Below, piece after piece: positions 52,979 through 64,000 of a DNA stretch of 64,000 bases; the first letter of the stretch is position 1; each line of letters begins with the position of its first letter. The notes beneath the pieces are model-generated. The model did not search any database. It saw nothing but the letters and a program-made list of their open reading frames with translations, and had not been told where the DNA came from. Source of the DNA: Lama guanicoe (Eukaryota); the NCBI GenBank assembly GCA_013239625.1, contig MU053881.1, positions 9,137,957-9,201,956 on the forward strand, read 5' to 3'. The position numbers and the translations under genes are program-made.

Positions 52979-53544
52979 CTATCATCTGAAGAAACAAAGA
53001 GCATGCAGAAAAAAAAATTGAGGGAAAAGAAAGAGGTGTGTCAGGCTGATAATAAGATTGTGTCAGTTTCCTGGCACGTGTGATATTGGTGATTATTGTC
53101 AGTCTTTTCACATGTCTAATTCGTGATTTCTTTTCTCATTCTAAACACATATCCATTTTTTATAAGAAAGCATCAAAGGTTCACAATTCTTTGGAGAACT
53201 AGTGAAAAATCACTTAGTGGAATATTTTTTTTTCCTCCCTCCGTATTCAGTCACCTCTGCGTTTTGACACCACCCTGCCCCGTGGGAATGCTTACATTCT
53301 GTCTCGTCTTCACAGGAGTCCCCAGATCCCCCAGCCTGACCCAAGCACACCCCTTCCAGACCCTCATGCTCATTCCTCGTTCTCTTTAGAGTGTCCTCGT
53401 GTTCTTCATCACAGTGTGTTTAGCTCCCATCTCTTTAGGACCCGGACAAGTTACAAGTCCTCTGCAGACATTTCCTTGACCCTCCTAAGTGCTACAGCGA
53501 TGCCACTGCTTTCATCCCAGGAACTGCTCAAGTGTTCCAGCAAA

Positions 53545-53960
53545 GGTGGTGTGTGTAATAGCAAGGAGCTTGGCTTTGCAGTTGCTCCGGGGTCTCAATC
53601 CTGACCTGAAGTTCGCTTCCTAATTGTGGGACATCGTTCAAATCTATTTCCTCTTTCAACTGCACTCTCTTCCCCTGTAAAATGTCATGATGACAATTTC
53701 ACTAGGTGATACCTGCAAAAACCAATGAGCCCAACAGCTGGCACCTCCCCAGTACAGAATAGTGAGTAACACTGTAAGTCCTTATTAAATGACCGGGATT
53801 TATCATTGCCTCTAACTTCTGAATTTCGTGACAACGCACCAAATGGCTATTAGAACCATTCAACAGAAGATGAGGCTGAGGTTTAGCAGAAGTAACTCAC
53901 TCAAAGAACAAACGGCAGAGTCAGAATAAAAACCCTTGTCTTCCCACCTTCTAGCGATTT
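53545..53960. mobile_element. Two MIR fragments tail-to-tail (+ ~53545-53780, - ~53810-53960)
   Basis: ggggtctcaatcctgac...ttcccctgtaaaatg, then acagaagatgaggctgaggtttag...aagtaactcactcaaag...ggcagagtcagaat. Confidence 0.65.
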
Positions 53961-54869
53961 TTTATCCATCCCCATCATTTACCACTTAGCCTATATCATC
54001 CTGGTTTATTATTATTTGGGTTTTCTAGTTTGTGCCCTATTTTTCTAATCGTATTATAGAGTAAATGAGAGCAATATTCATGTTTAAAATGTCTTTGGCA
54101 TCTTTAGTATTTTCATAAATCTTTAAACAAAGTAACTTGCCTCCTTGGTACATGTTGATGGCTTGATCATCTGGGCTCATGGGGATTCAAGTTTTTAACC
54201 GTATTTAAATTCAGTAACACATTTTTTTTCTTTGAGGAAACGGCTTCATTATCCTTTCTATGCAAAATGTCCTAATTAGACAAAATAATATAAAAGAGAA
54301 ACAGCGCATGTGACTGGGGCATGGAGATAGAAAAGAACAGTGTTCTCTGCAAAAAGCTGTCGGGAAGTGATACTCATCGATTTGATTCCTCCTACTTGGC
54401 ATTTATAGTCTGCGTGACGACAGGAGCCTCAGGCTACCCATTTGATGCACGGAAAAGTGGAGGTTATTAGCTGAAAGTCATCCATTTCCGGTTACACAGA
54501 AAGGCAGAAATAACCTCTCAAATACCCGTGGCATTCCGTCACCTTTAGTTTTTTCTTTTAAAATAAACGTAGTAATTATATTCTCATTTATTTTCTTTCT
54601 GGCTATTAGTCTATACAATACTAAAACAACCCAGAATAATGTAAAATATTCAGTCAACCAACATGCATGTTTTTCGGTGTACGGAGTGATAAACAATGCT
54701 ACTGAATTTTCAACAAGTGGAATGAATGCTGTTATTTCAAGTATGGACCGTGGTCTCTGCCCGTCTGTGCAGAAGTGAAAAGCAAGAGAATTAAGAAGAG
54801 AAACGCCCTGTGCACTCCACACAGGGTAATTAACGTGATCAAACGCTTCCTGTCTTGTAACCGGTCTTC

Positions 54870-54997
54870 TGATATTTGCATAAACTTTGTGAAGTTAGAC
54901 TACGTTGTTCAGGCTGTATTCCTGGCACCTTAGAGCAGGGCTTAACTTACAGTGGGAGCTCAGTACATATGTGCTTGATAAGTGAATGAGCGAATGG
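54870..54997 (+). mobile_element. L2 3' end
   Basis: gctgtattcctggcaccttagagcagggct...agctcagtacatatgtg...gtgaatgagcgaatg. Confidence 0.75.
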
Positions 54998-57639
54998 GGT
55001 CATCTCCCAATTTTGCCTAAAACCATTGATTTCTAGTGATTTTTTTATGCCCACACGACTGGTTTATATACATCCACGTGTATGTTGTGCATTGCCACCT
55101 CCACGTGTTAGTCCCCAAGGATGCTGCTTTGCTAAATGTGTGCTACCCTTTGTTCACTGCAACATGTCTGCATCCTCGAAGAACCCTTTCGAGATTATAT
55201 GAGCTCATGGTACAAGCTCTTTTTCTCCAATTTCAAAGCACCCATTGCCTGGAACATTTTATTACATATAATTTTCCAAATTAATCTTGTTCTGACCTTG
55301 GATATCTCATACTGTGAGTGAACTGTGATTCTCCTCACATTTCTAGTTTAGTCTTACTTCATTGCATAGATTTTAAGTTTCCTGAAGGTTGTAGGAACTA
55401 AGTGTCTTTCCTGTTTTCGTATATATCATTCTTCCTTTGAGAACACTCTTATAGATAATGTGTGTGTATTATATACATATATATATATCATGCTGATTTG
55501 ATGTTTATACTGAAAGTGCTCATAGATATAAAATTCTATCATTCGGAAATTATGTGAAAAATATAATAAAGCCCTTGGCCTTTAGAAAACCGTTGTTAGA
55601 ACACTGCTAGAATAGCGACAAAAGTACATAGAATTTTTTTTTTTGGAGCTTATTCACCCCTTAGGTGGTATGAAAGGTCATTCCTTCATTTACTGCAATA
55701 TATTTTTTTGAGTATATGCTCAAAACCAGCCAGCATTCTAGCTCATGCAGAGACTAACTCATTCCAACAAACTGAGATTCTTAGGGTACAAAGAATTAGC
55801 AACTGCCCTCTGGAAGAATATAATTTTCCCCCAATCATTTACACGGAGGCTGTAAGTCAGGTTATGCTGACCTGCTGGTTACTGATCCCTAGAGAGAGGG
55901 CTTCTCAATTCCATAGGGTCTTGTCTGTGGGGTCATTTCAGGCCCTATTAGACACTTACTTACTCCGGGAGGTTAGTTTTTCCTTAGGGGAGATATGATG
56001 GGAAGGAACATTGTGGAGGACACCTCACCTCAATAAGCCTTACTCCTTGGATACAAGGAGCTTTCTTAGGAAAGATTTTTCATCCTTGCAGTGGTTCTAT
56101 ATGGATTCACTGGAGATTCAAGCTGTTGGAATTGTCTATAAAGCACTAGTTTTCAAAAAGAAAAAAAAAATCATTGTCCAAAATTATGAAAAGGACGTAA
56201 CTTCTGAAGTTTGGGGAAAAAACTCTTAATGTATTCTTCTTACAGTAAAGATGAGATAATTCAGGTCCATTTTCAAATCTGTTTCCAAAATTGCAGTAAG
56301 TATATAAGATGATTAAAGGCTGGTGATATAAATAGTTTTCTGAAATTAGTTTATCGAAAATTCTAATGATATCAGACCTTACTTAGCCAATTAAAACAAA
56401 TTATTTTGCTTATAAAATTGCTAACATTAATTACCACGTTCTGGCATGTTGGTTTTTTGTCTGCTGAAGAGAAGTCCGTCCTGTCTGTTCCCCGTCTCTG
56501 ATTTGCACAGTGATGTGAACACCCCGTTAAGTGAAAACCAAAGTGGCAGCCACTTCCTCATAAAGTCAAAATGGAAAGCAAATCAAGAGAGAACCTCAAT
56601 TCTCTGTTTCCCATGGTGGACTGAACAGAGCTGGCCTCAGAGAAACTCTGAGAATTTACGTTCCTCTCCATCGAGTTGAATACAGGCTTTGGTGGACTAT
56701 TTGGTTCTTGTTACCCATGTTTTTCAATACGGAACACTTGAAAGCATCCAACCAGAAGTTGCACAATGATCACAGCCCTGAACGTATTCATCAGAAAAAT
56801 GCATTCACTGCTACAGGTTTGATTTTACAGTCAGCAGTGTACTGCAGTGTTTGCCAGGTTCTTCAGCACTCTTATACCTGGGACAATCACAAAAGCAATT
56901 CACAACCTTACTTATCAGATAGTTCTGTTTTTTTTTTTTTCAATAATCTGGTTGCTATTTGTAAAATCCAGGATAAAACAGTGCAATTTCTGATGCTGAA
57001 TATCTGAAAAGCTCTGGAAGCTGCTAGGAAGAGATATGCACTAAAATATGTAACGCGATGGAATTACAACAAACAGACATTCTGGAGGGTACACACTCAA
57101 GTGCATCTCCGAGTGCGTGACATTTAATGGCGTGACTTTCAAGGTTTACAAATAAATTCTGCATTTAAACGGTGCCCCGATCCACGCACAGTCTTTCTTC
57201 GCTCCCGATTTAATTCTCTCATTAAAAAAAAAAAAAAGAAGGTAGAACCCTCTCAAAAAGAATGATCAATCAAAACAACCACCACTGAATAACTGTTCTC
57301 AGGATGAAATGAAAGGAAGGCTCTCAATTCAATAGTTTATTTCACGTGCTGGTTCCTAAATATCTGGATACATTCTGAAATGAACCACATCTTTCCGACG
57401 AGAATTTAACCAACGCAAAAAAAGTGGTGATTTTAACAGCTGACAAATCCCCTGTAATAAGGGGCTTAAAAAAACAATACAAACAAACCAACCACTTTTC
57501 CAGTGATTAGGCTGTGCAGATGTCAAGGAGGAGTGTGTCAAACGCTCCCTTGAAGAGCATAGGTGCCCGTTAAATCTTTTAGGTGGAGTCTTCACTCTGC
57601 GTGTTCATGTAAGAGAGAAACAGGAATTGTGTGCACCAC

Positions 57640-57815
57640 TGAGAGGCAGTGTAGTGCAATAGAAAAAGTTACAGTGTTTCAATTTCAGATCTGCCACCAT
57701 CTCAGTATATGGCACTGGCCAGGTCCCAGGTTGCTTAACCACTGCCTGCCTCCACTTCTCCATCCACTAAATGGGACTAACATCTTCCAGCTTCTGATAA
57801 TAAGATTAACACAGA
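57640..57815 (+). mobile_element. MIR SINE
   Basis: gagaggcagtgtagtgcaatagaaa...atctgccacc...ggttgcttaaccact...gcctccacttctccatccactaaatggga. Confidence 0.7.
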
Positions 57816-58269
57816 AGCATTAGCATACTCATAGAGACAGACAATTCGGTGTTTTCCATGTGCAGTCAGATTCCACTAAAGCGAAATCTACTCCAAGGGA
57901 ATAAGGAAACGTACTTTGGAAGCTGAGTGCTTTTTTTGAGGCTGCTGGGGCACCAATTAATAGAGTGAAGCAATAAAGCACTCAATAATCCTGCACTGGC
58001 TGAAAGAATTAATGCAGCTCACCTCTGCTGCTGTGAGTGCAATAAATATTAACTGACGATGATATTGACAGGATGCTGTGTACAGTCACAGTGCTAAGTG
58101 AATTACTAAGTTTACAATTGTTCAGGAAACACATTGATTAATTATTGGCAATAAGGAGACCCTACCTGTGACCTCATTTACTTTATGATGGTATCATCGC
58201 ATGCATTGTAGAACCTTAGTTCTAGAACCTTAATAGGCTTACCCTAGTGACTTAGGAGATTACACATAA

Positions 58270-59437
58270 GGTTATCCTTCAGAGCACATTCAGAATCTAG
58301 GCACTCCTTAAAACTTCCATTGTCATCGCCCTGGTGCCATCTGTCATCATCTCTCTTCTGGATTATTGTAAAGCCTCCTAATGGCTCTCTGTGATCTCCA
58401 CTTTCAGCTTCCGTGTCAGACTGCAGCAAGAAGGACTTCCAATGTATCTGACCTTCATGCGTCCATATTCTTACGTGGTTGTCTCCTTTCCTGACTCTGG
58501 GATTGGCCATGTGACTTGCTTTGGCCAATGGAACACAAGCAAATGCCATACAAATTAAAGGCATGAGAGGCACTTGTGAACTGGGGCTTGCCCGGCTGGA
58601 AGGGTGCCACAACCAGAAAAGAAAGCCTGGTCTCGCCTCGTGGAGGGTGAACGATCATACGAAGACAGAGAGAGAGAGAGAGAGAGACCCAATCATTTCC
58701 TGGAGTCCACCCATCACCTGACCCACCAGCTGCGAAGTGAGTACAGGCAAGCCTAGCCGAAGAACTGACCAGCCAACACACTGAAATTTGAGAAACAAAT
58801 TCCTGATCCAAGCCACCAAATTTTGGTGTAGTTTGTCATCTAACCACAGGTAACTGAGACAGGCTCCTACTTACTATTCTCAATTCTGCAACCAGAGGGA
58901 ATCTTTTTGTAATACAAGCCAGATAATCCCACTCCCCTGCTCAGCACCCTCCAAGAACCCCTCCTCCCCTCAAGAGGCCAAGGCAAAGCCTTCCCTATGC
59001 AGTAAAGACTGGACACGCTTTGTCTTCCCCGCAGTTTATCAGACCTCGAATCCTACTCATTTCTCCCTCGTTCTCTTCCCATCAGCTACACACGCCTCTG
59101 CCTAGAATGTTCTTCCTTGTGAACACGGATTATTCTGTCACATTTTCTGAGTTTCCTCCATCATTTTTTTTCCAGCAACGCCTACTTGATTTAAAACTGC
59201 ATTACCCACTCACCTCAAATTCCCCCCCCCCTTTATTCCTTCGCCAATGCACTGAACACACCTAAATCACTATAGTCGCTTATTTTTGTCATCATCTGAT
59301 CCCTTTTCCAGAACGGAAGCTCCAAGAGAGTGGCAGGGGGTTGTTTTCTTCGTGCACTGTTAGATTCCCAGCACCTAGAACCATGCCTTGTCCACAGGAC
59401 AGATTTAGTAACCATTTGCTAAATTACAAAATGAATT
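58270..59437 (+). mobile_element. L2 LINE 3' region split by an MLT1 LTR (L2 parts ~58270-58413 and 58862-59437)
   Basis: ctggattattgtaaagcctcctaatggctct on the left resumes on the right as ctattctcaattctgcaaccagagggaatctttt...cactcccctgctcagcaccctccaa and ends cccagcacctagaaccatgcct. Confidence 0.85.
58414..58861 (+). mobile_element. MaLR solo LTR (older MLT1 type)
   Basis: TG...CA ends, ggccatgtgacttgctttggccaatggaa, and aagccaccaaattttggtgtagtttgt...taactgagaCA. Confidence 0.88.
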
Positions 59438-60572
59438 CTTCTGGGTTAAGGTGCCCTGAATGGATTCTACATTGAGTGATGAGGCCGAGAGCCTGTAAGG
59501 GCACACAGCTGATGCAACTGACAAAAGGTTTACAGGCCATCGCTTACTTGACGGAGCACAGAAGTAGCCTGGAGGTCAAGGAAAAGAGAAGGGCAAGGAG
59601 GTTCCTTGGTAAGTATCTTATCCCCAGGTCTCTTCAGCAGGTAGGGAGGATTGCAATCAAAAGCAAAGAGGTGATTCAGCACCAAAATCGCCACCCTGGA
59701 GACGTTAAGAAGGAGCCCCAGGGAGGAAAACGAGACTCTCCAGGCCTGCTTGAGTCAGAAAGGCATGAGGTCCAAAGAGAGAGATACACAGAAAGGGTAA
59801 ACCTGGTCTTGTGCAGGAAGGGGAAGTTTGTGATGTGCTCATACGGTTTTCAGAACAAAGCCCAAACATAAAGAGAAATACACCTGAGGCTCTGTCTTTC
59901 CATGTCGACGTCGGGGCTGAGGATATGCACTGAAGAAGAACACCTGTTCCCAGACTCAGGCGTGGGCCCAGAGGTCTGATGGGTCGGCACTTATACTCCA
60001 TAAACACGTGTATTACAAGGTTTGTCACTGTTTCCTTAAAAACCTAGCACTTGATTTGACCCATCAGAAAGTTGGCCAAGTCCCAGTTACAGGCTTCATC
60101 TGAATACTTCACTTTGTGAAAAAGTCCACCTTCCAAGGGCACAGCCTGGGCTGGCAGCGCGGCCCCCGGCTTGCAGCACAGGTGTGTGGCCGATAATTTA
60201 CTTTCGTTAGTGCCGAACAGACGTGATCTGGGATGATTTCACCGTCACCTCTCTGACTCCATCTTGGTACAGATCTCATCCGAAACCATCCATTTTTTCC
60301 CTCCTTGCCCACACTTCATTTTCCCTGTTGCTCTGCAGTTATTTATTATCTGGCTCAGTAATTACACTGTTTGTAATGGCCATGCAAACTCTATTGTTAG
60401 TGGGGGGAAAATGCCTCTTTGCCCAGCTCCAGAGTCCTGTGTGGGGAATAAAGGAGGCTGGTCTTCTACTGCTCTTCACATCCAACTTGCTGCGTTCGGG
60501 TTTCCTAAAAATGAAACTTGCCCAAAAGCGAAGTAGGCAGGAGATGGGTGGTTGGAGGCTGTTGTGGCTTCT

Positions 60573-60619
60573 AGTTCCCGCTGCTGGCTAGCGCCCCCGG
60601 CCTGGCAGCGGGGGGCGCT
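60573..60619. promoter_or_regulatory. Divergent CTCF-like motif pair in a GC/CpG-rich patch
   Basis: Plus strand GCAGCGGGGGGCGCT (60605-60619) and minus strand CCAGCAGCGGGAACT (60573-60587), compared with the consensus CCASYAGRKGGCRC. Confidence 0.5.
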
Positions 60620-61693
60620 CCCTAGCTCACTGCCCTGGCTCCTGGTTTCAGAGAAGCTGGCAACGCCCAGCCCTTTGGAATAGCGAGTCCCCCCTCCGCC
60701 CCACCGACCGGCTCCTTCACTGCTTCTGTTACTCATCCCTGCCCTTTTCCTAAAGCGAAACACCGAGAGGCAGAGAGCTATTTTCCCAGCCCAGCAGGGG
60801 ATGAGGCTGAAGGTGGGGCTGGGACTCAGTACATTTCTTATGCATGTGGGGTTCTCCTGTATATATTTCAGCATTTGATCCCATTTAACATAAAATATTT
60901 ACATCTTGATGTGTGGTAGGGGAAATGTCATGTTTTAAAAAAAATTCCTTTAGCTTAATTACAAAAGATGTAAATGTGGTCTCACTTGTGGGGGGGAAAA
61001 AGTTACTCTTAACAATGAGGTGTAAATTGGTGTCTGCTTAATCCGCTCACAGTAGGAATAAAACCTCACACTCGCCTCCTCGCCCTTATTTTTGCAGTTG
61101 TACCTGGGAAATTAATACATTCCTTGGCAGCATCTTGGATTTCTTAAGGAAACAAGAGACGGGAGTTACGTGCTTGGTCCTTCCACCAGCTGCCAGGACA
61201 TTTATTTTTGCTCCATTTCCAGCATCTCTTTTGGCTTGTGGACTGCAGTTGCATTGTCTGACCTCCGTCACAGGCAGCAAAAGTCTAGCCTTCTTTGGTC
61301 TCCTCTCTCTCCCTGACAATTGTGGTCTCCTGCACATCCCAAGCGGAGTCAAATTAACAGGGGAACCAGCGTTATTTATACAATGACCTTGTGCTCCTGG
61401 GGGAAGTGCAGGCGCTATTCTTTCACTTGCGATGTTTTACATTTCAAAGAACCTAACTCTCTTTGATATTAAAGAATGAAATGTGCTTTAATAGGTTAAT
61501 CAGGCTGCATCAGGTTTTCCTGTGTGTGGTTTGGCTCCAAAGGAAATGATGTGGCTCCTGGTGGATGAATCCTGACAAGGCGGGGGGCGGTGGGGGCAGC
61601 TCCACGTTAATATTTGAGAGAATAAATACACTGAGGTACCTAAATCCTCGAGAAAAATGCTGGCTTTGCTTACCTCGGTCCATCTGTGGGTAA

Positions 61694-61889
61694 GAGAGGG
61701 CTTCTCAGCATCGGCACTGTTAACATTTGGGGCCTGATCATGCTTTGTTGTGGGGGGTGTCCTGTGCACTGTAAGACATTTAACAGCATCCTTTGGCCTC
61801 TCCCAGCTGGAGGGCAGTAGCACCTTCCCCGTTCATGACAATCAAACATCTGCAGACACTGCCATACGTCCCCTGGTTAAGAACCACAA
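61694..61889. mobile_element. MER20 hAT-Charlie MITE
   Basis: ttctcagcatcggcactgttaacatttggggcctgat...gtcctgtgcactgtaagacatttaacagcatcc...tgacaatcaaa...cagacactgcca...tggttaagaaccac. Confidence 0.92.
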
Positions 61890-61969
61890 GGTTAATTGAA
61901 AAGTAGTGGGAGATGGTGGGGGGGGGATTTCTTTTAGGGCTTATGATATGTAGAGAGTGTACTGGTTTA

Positions 61970-62235
61970 AATGATAATTAAGATAATGGTAGCGAACATT
62001 TACCGAGAACTCACTATGAACCAATTAGCACGATGCTAATTACTTTACATCTTTGATCTCATTTGATCCTTAAAACAAACCTATGAGGTAGTTATTGTGA
62101 TCCGCGTTTTACAGATCACAATACTGCATTTTACAGTTAAGGGAAGCGAGGCTTAGAAGAGTTCAAATAATTTGCCCAAGACTCCACCACGGTTGGAAAG
62201 TAGGTCAGTTAAGTAAGTCTAGATCCAGAACTGGG
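61970..62235 (-). mobile_element. MIR SINE
   Basis: aacatttaccgagaactcactatg...tctcatttgatccttaaaacaaacctatgaggtag...cattttacagttaagggaagcgaggcttag...atttgcccaag. Confidence 0.85.
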
Positions 62236-62495
62236 GTGCATTCAGCCTCTCTTCCCTTCCTGGGGGTTTTATAATCTTCTTGGGGTTATAACCTGAGGAT
62301 CTAAGTTAAATTCAGGAGTTGATTAAGCACCACTAAGTTGAGGAAGTGCATCTACAAATGAAATAGGTCTGAAAAAAATAAGGTGATGCTTGCCCTCAAG
62401 TAACACATGCAAAATCGAAAGTATAACACAGAAATAAGTAAGAGAAGCCTGTAGTGACGGCCATGACGGTGGTCTGAGGGCAGAGTGCTCCGGGC

Positions 62496-62665
62496 CAGAG
62501 CTTCTCAGGCCTCCCTGTGCAGAAGGATCACCCGAGGTCTTATGAAAATGCAGGTTCTGATCCCGAGTAGGTGCGGACTGGGGGGCCTGGGGTTCTGTAT
62601 TTCTAATCAGCTCCTGGGGGGATGGCGCTATTGGTCTGAGGACCACCTGTTTTTGCAGGAGGCTC
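62496..62665. mobile_element. MER5A-type hAT MITE
   Basis: gcttctca...gatcacccgaggtcttatgaaaatgcaggttctgat...gtaggt...ttctgtatttctaatcagctcc...tggtctgaggaccac. Confidence 0.85.
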
Positions 62666-63675
62666 TGATGTGCTAGGAAATGTAGCTTTGGTGCATCGGA
62701 GAAGTGAGACCCGACAGCATGTATCAGAGACACCAGGAAATCAGCACAAACGAGGAGGGGTGCAGGAGGGGGCAGGACTGCCTTGGCGGTGAGAGCCCCA
62801 CGCGTCTCTCAGCCCTTCCCTGGCACATCCGAGTGGCGTGCCTACTCACGCCGACTGCCCACAGACACAGCTAAACATCTGCTATTGGAAAGGACAAATA
62901 TTAATTTGAAGCACGGAAACACCTACCCAGTGAACACAACTTGTGTTCTGCAAACAGATCACACGCTTATGACCGGTTTTGTACTTAGAATACCTCTCTG
63001 TCTTCCACACACTCTGCTGTCGGCTCCCGAGATGTACTTCCATCTCCCCTCCAGACCTGGTGACTTGAATGACTATGGAACTGCCCCCCCACCCTACCCC
63101 CCCCCAGCTAAGGGCTGATAGAACAACGGACAATCATATGAGGGCGAAGCCAAAACCAAACAGATTTTTTTTTAATCCAGTGCAAGTCACAGTTAAAATT
63201 ACGATTACAAGGGTTGTAAACCAGATTGCCATTTATTTGGCAGCGTTCAGAGAGACAGAATTGACTCCTGGAATAAACATTCACAAAGAAATGGCTGGGG
63301 AACTGATCTCCACTCGTGACTGTGGCATCTCCACCCAGACCCCAGGGACTGCTATGGATCACAGACTATTTTGTGACATCTGGGTTTGACCAAGGGGTCA
63401 CATTAAAGGGGATGGATTTTGAGTCACTTGACCATCTGAACACACTGAGTTAATTCTCCATTCACGGTGCTGGGGAGCACAGTAGAGGAATGATTCACTG
63501 GGGTGGAGGGATGGACCATATGAAAGCAAAGGCTGAGAGGCTGAGGACCAGAATCACTGAATTACTGTTAACATTCCACTTGGCACAGAATGGGAAGGGA
63601 GTGTGTGTATTTGAGGTTACTGGTATACCACCATTCATACTGTATTGTACTGATGGAGTGAGACTGGGAGCTTAG

Positions 63676-63775
63676 GTTCATTCATTAGGCACCTAAATCC
63701 TCAGCACCTGCTGTGTGCCAGACCCCAGGACGTGCAGAGGAACTCTCTGTCACCCCTGACCTCGAGGGCCACCTG
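63676..63775 (-). mobile_element. L2 3' end
   Basis: ttcattcatt...cagcacctgctgtgtgccagac...cccctgacctcgagg. Confidence 0.7.
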
Positions 63776-64000
63776 GGACAAAGTGGCTCCCATTCATGAG
63801 TCCTCCGGGCCACACCTTTATGATTTTTGCCACGTCTGCTACCGACTGTGCGGATATTCTTCTTTAGATAATCTCACTTCACAGTTTTAACTTGGCCTCA
63901 TCTTCAGCAAGAACAGCTGTAAAACTGTATGTCTGAGATGCTTCTCAGGGCTGACCAAACCTACTGTTAAAATATTAAAATATACTTCTGTGACTACTGG

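Noticed and set aside
1..64000. Six-frame ORFs of 60-163 aa as stand-alone genes
   Set aside because: They are short, many use non-ATG starts, and many are low-complexity or repeat-derived. Only the L1 ORF2 piece (39320-39541) and the L2 fossil (30428-30866) show protein homology, and both are dead transposon fragments.
1..64000. Prokaryotic systems (CRISPR array, operon, defence or phage system)
   Set aside because: The sequence is mammalian intronic DNA with low coding density and no regularly spaced repeat-spacer array.

Overview
Mammalian genomic DNA, almost entirely intronic. It is most likely camelid, judging by a Vic-1-type tRNA-derived SINE at ~26.0-26.2 kb and L1 3' tails that look camelid. 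The only credible coding sequence is a 46-nt first coding exon on the minus strand (49119-49164, MLHAANKGRKPSAET-G, donor CAG|GTAAGA), which the ORF track misses. I recognise it from memory as the alternative internal first exon of teneurin-2 (TENM2/ODZ2). The window therefore appears to lie inside a very large TENM2 intron and to contain its internal promoter. The rest is repeats (L2, MIR, old and young L1, MaLR LTRs, hAT MITEs, microsatellites) and repeat-free blocks that look like conserved non-coding elements. The most notable observations are: the internal promoter with two tandem uORFs and an intronic hairpin; a fossil of an ancient non-mammalian-type L2 ORF2 that is still readable as protein (30.4-30.9 kb); a twin-primed 5'-inverted L1; a possible 24-nt orphan retro-insertion with a pure A41 tail; and a divergent pair of CTCF-like motifs. 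I found no convincing new multi-gene system. Repeat family names come from motif recognition by eye, not database searches, and most repeat boundaries are approximate.
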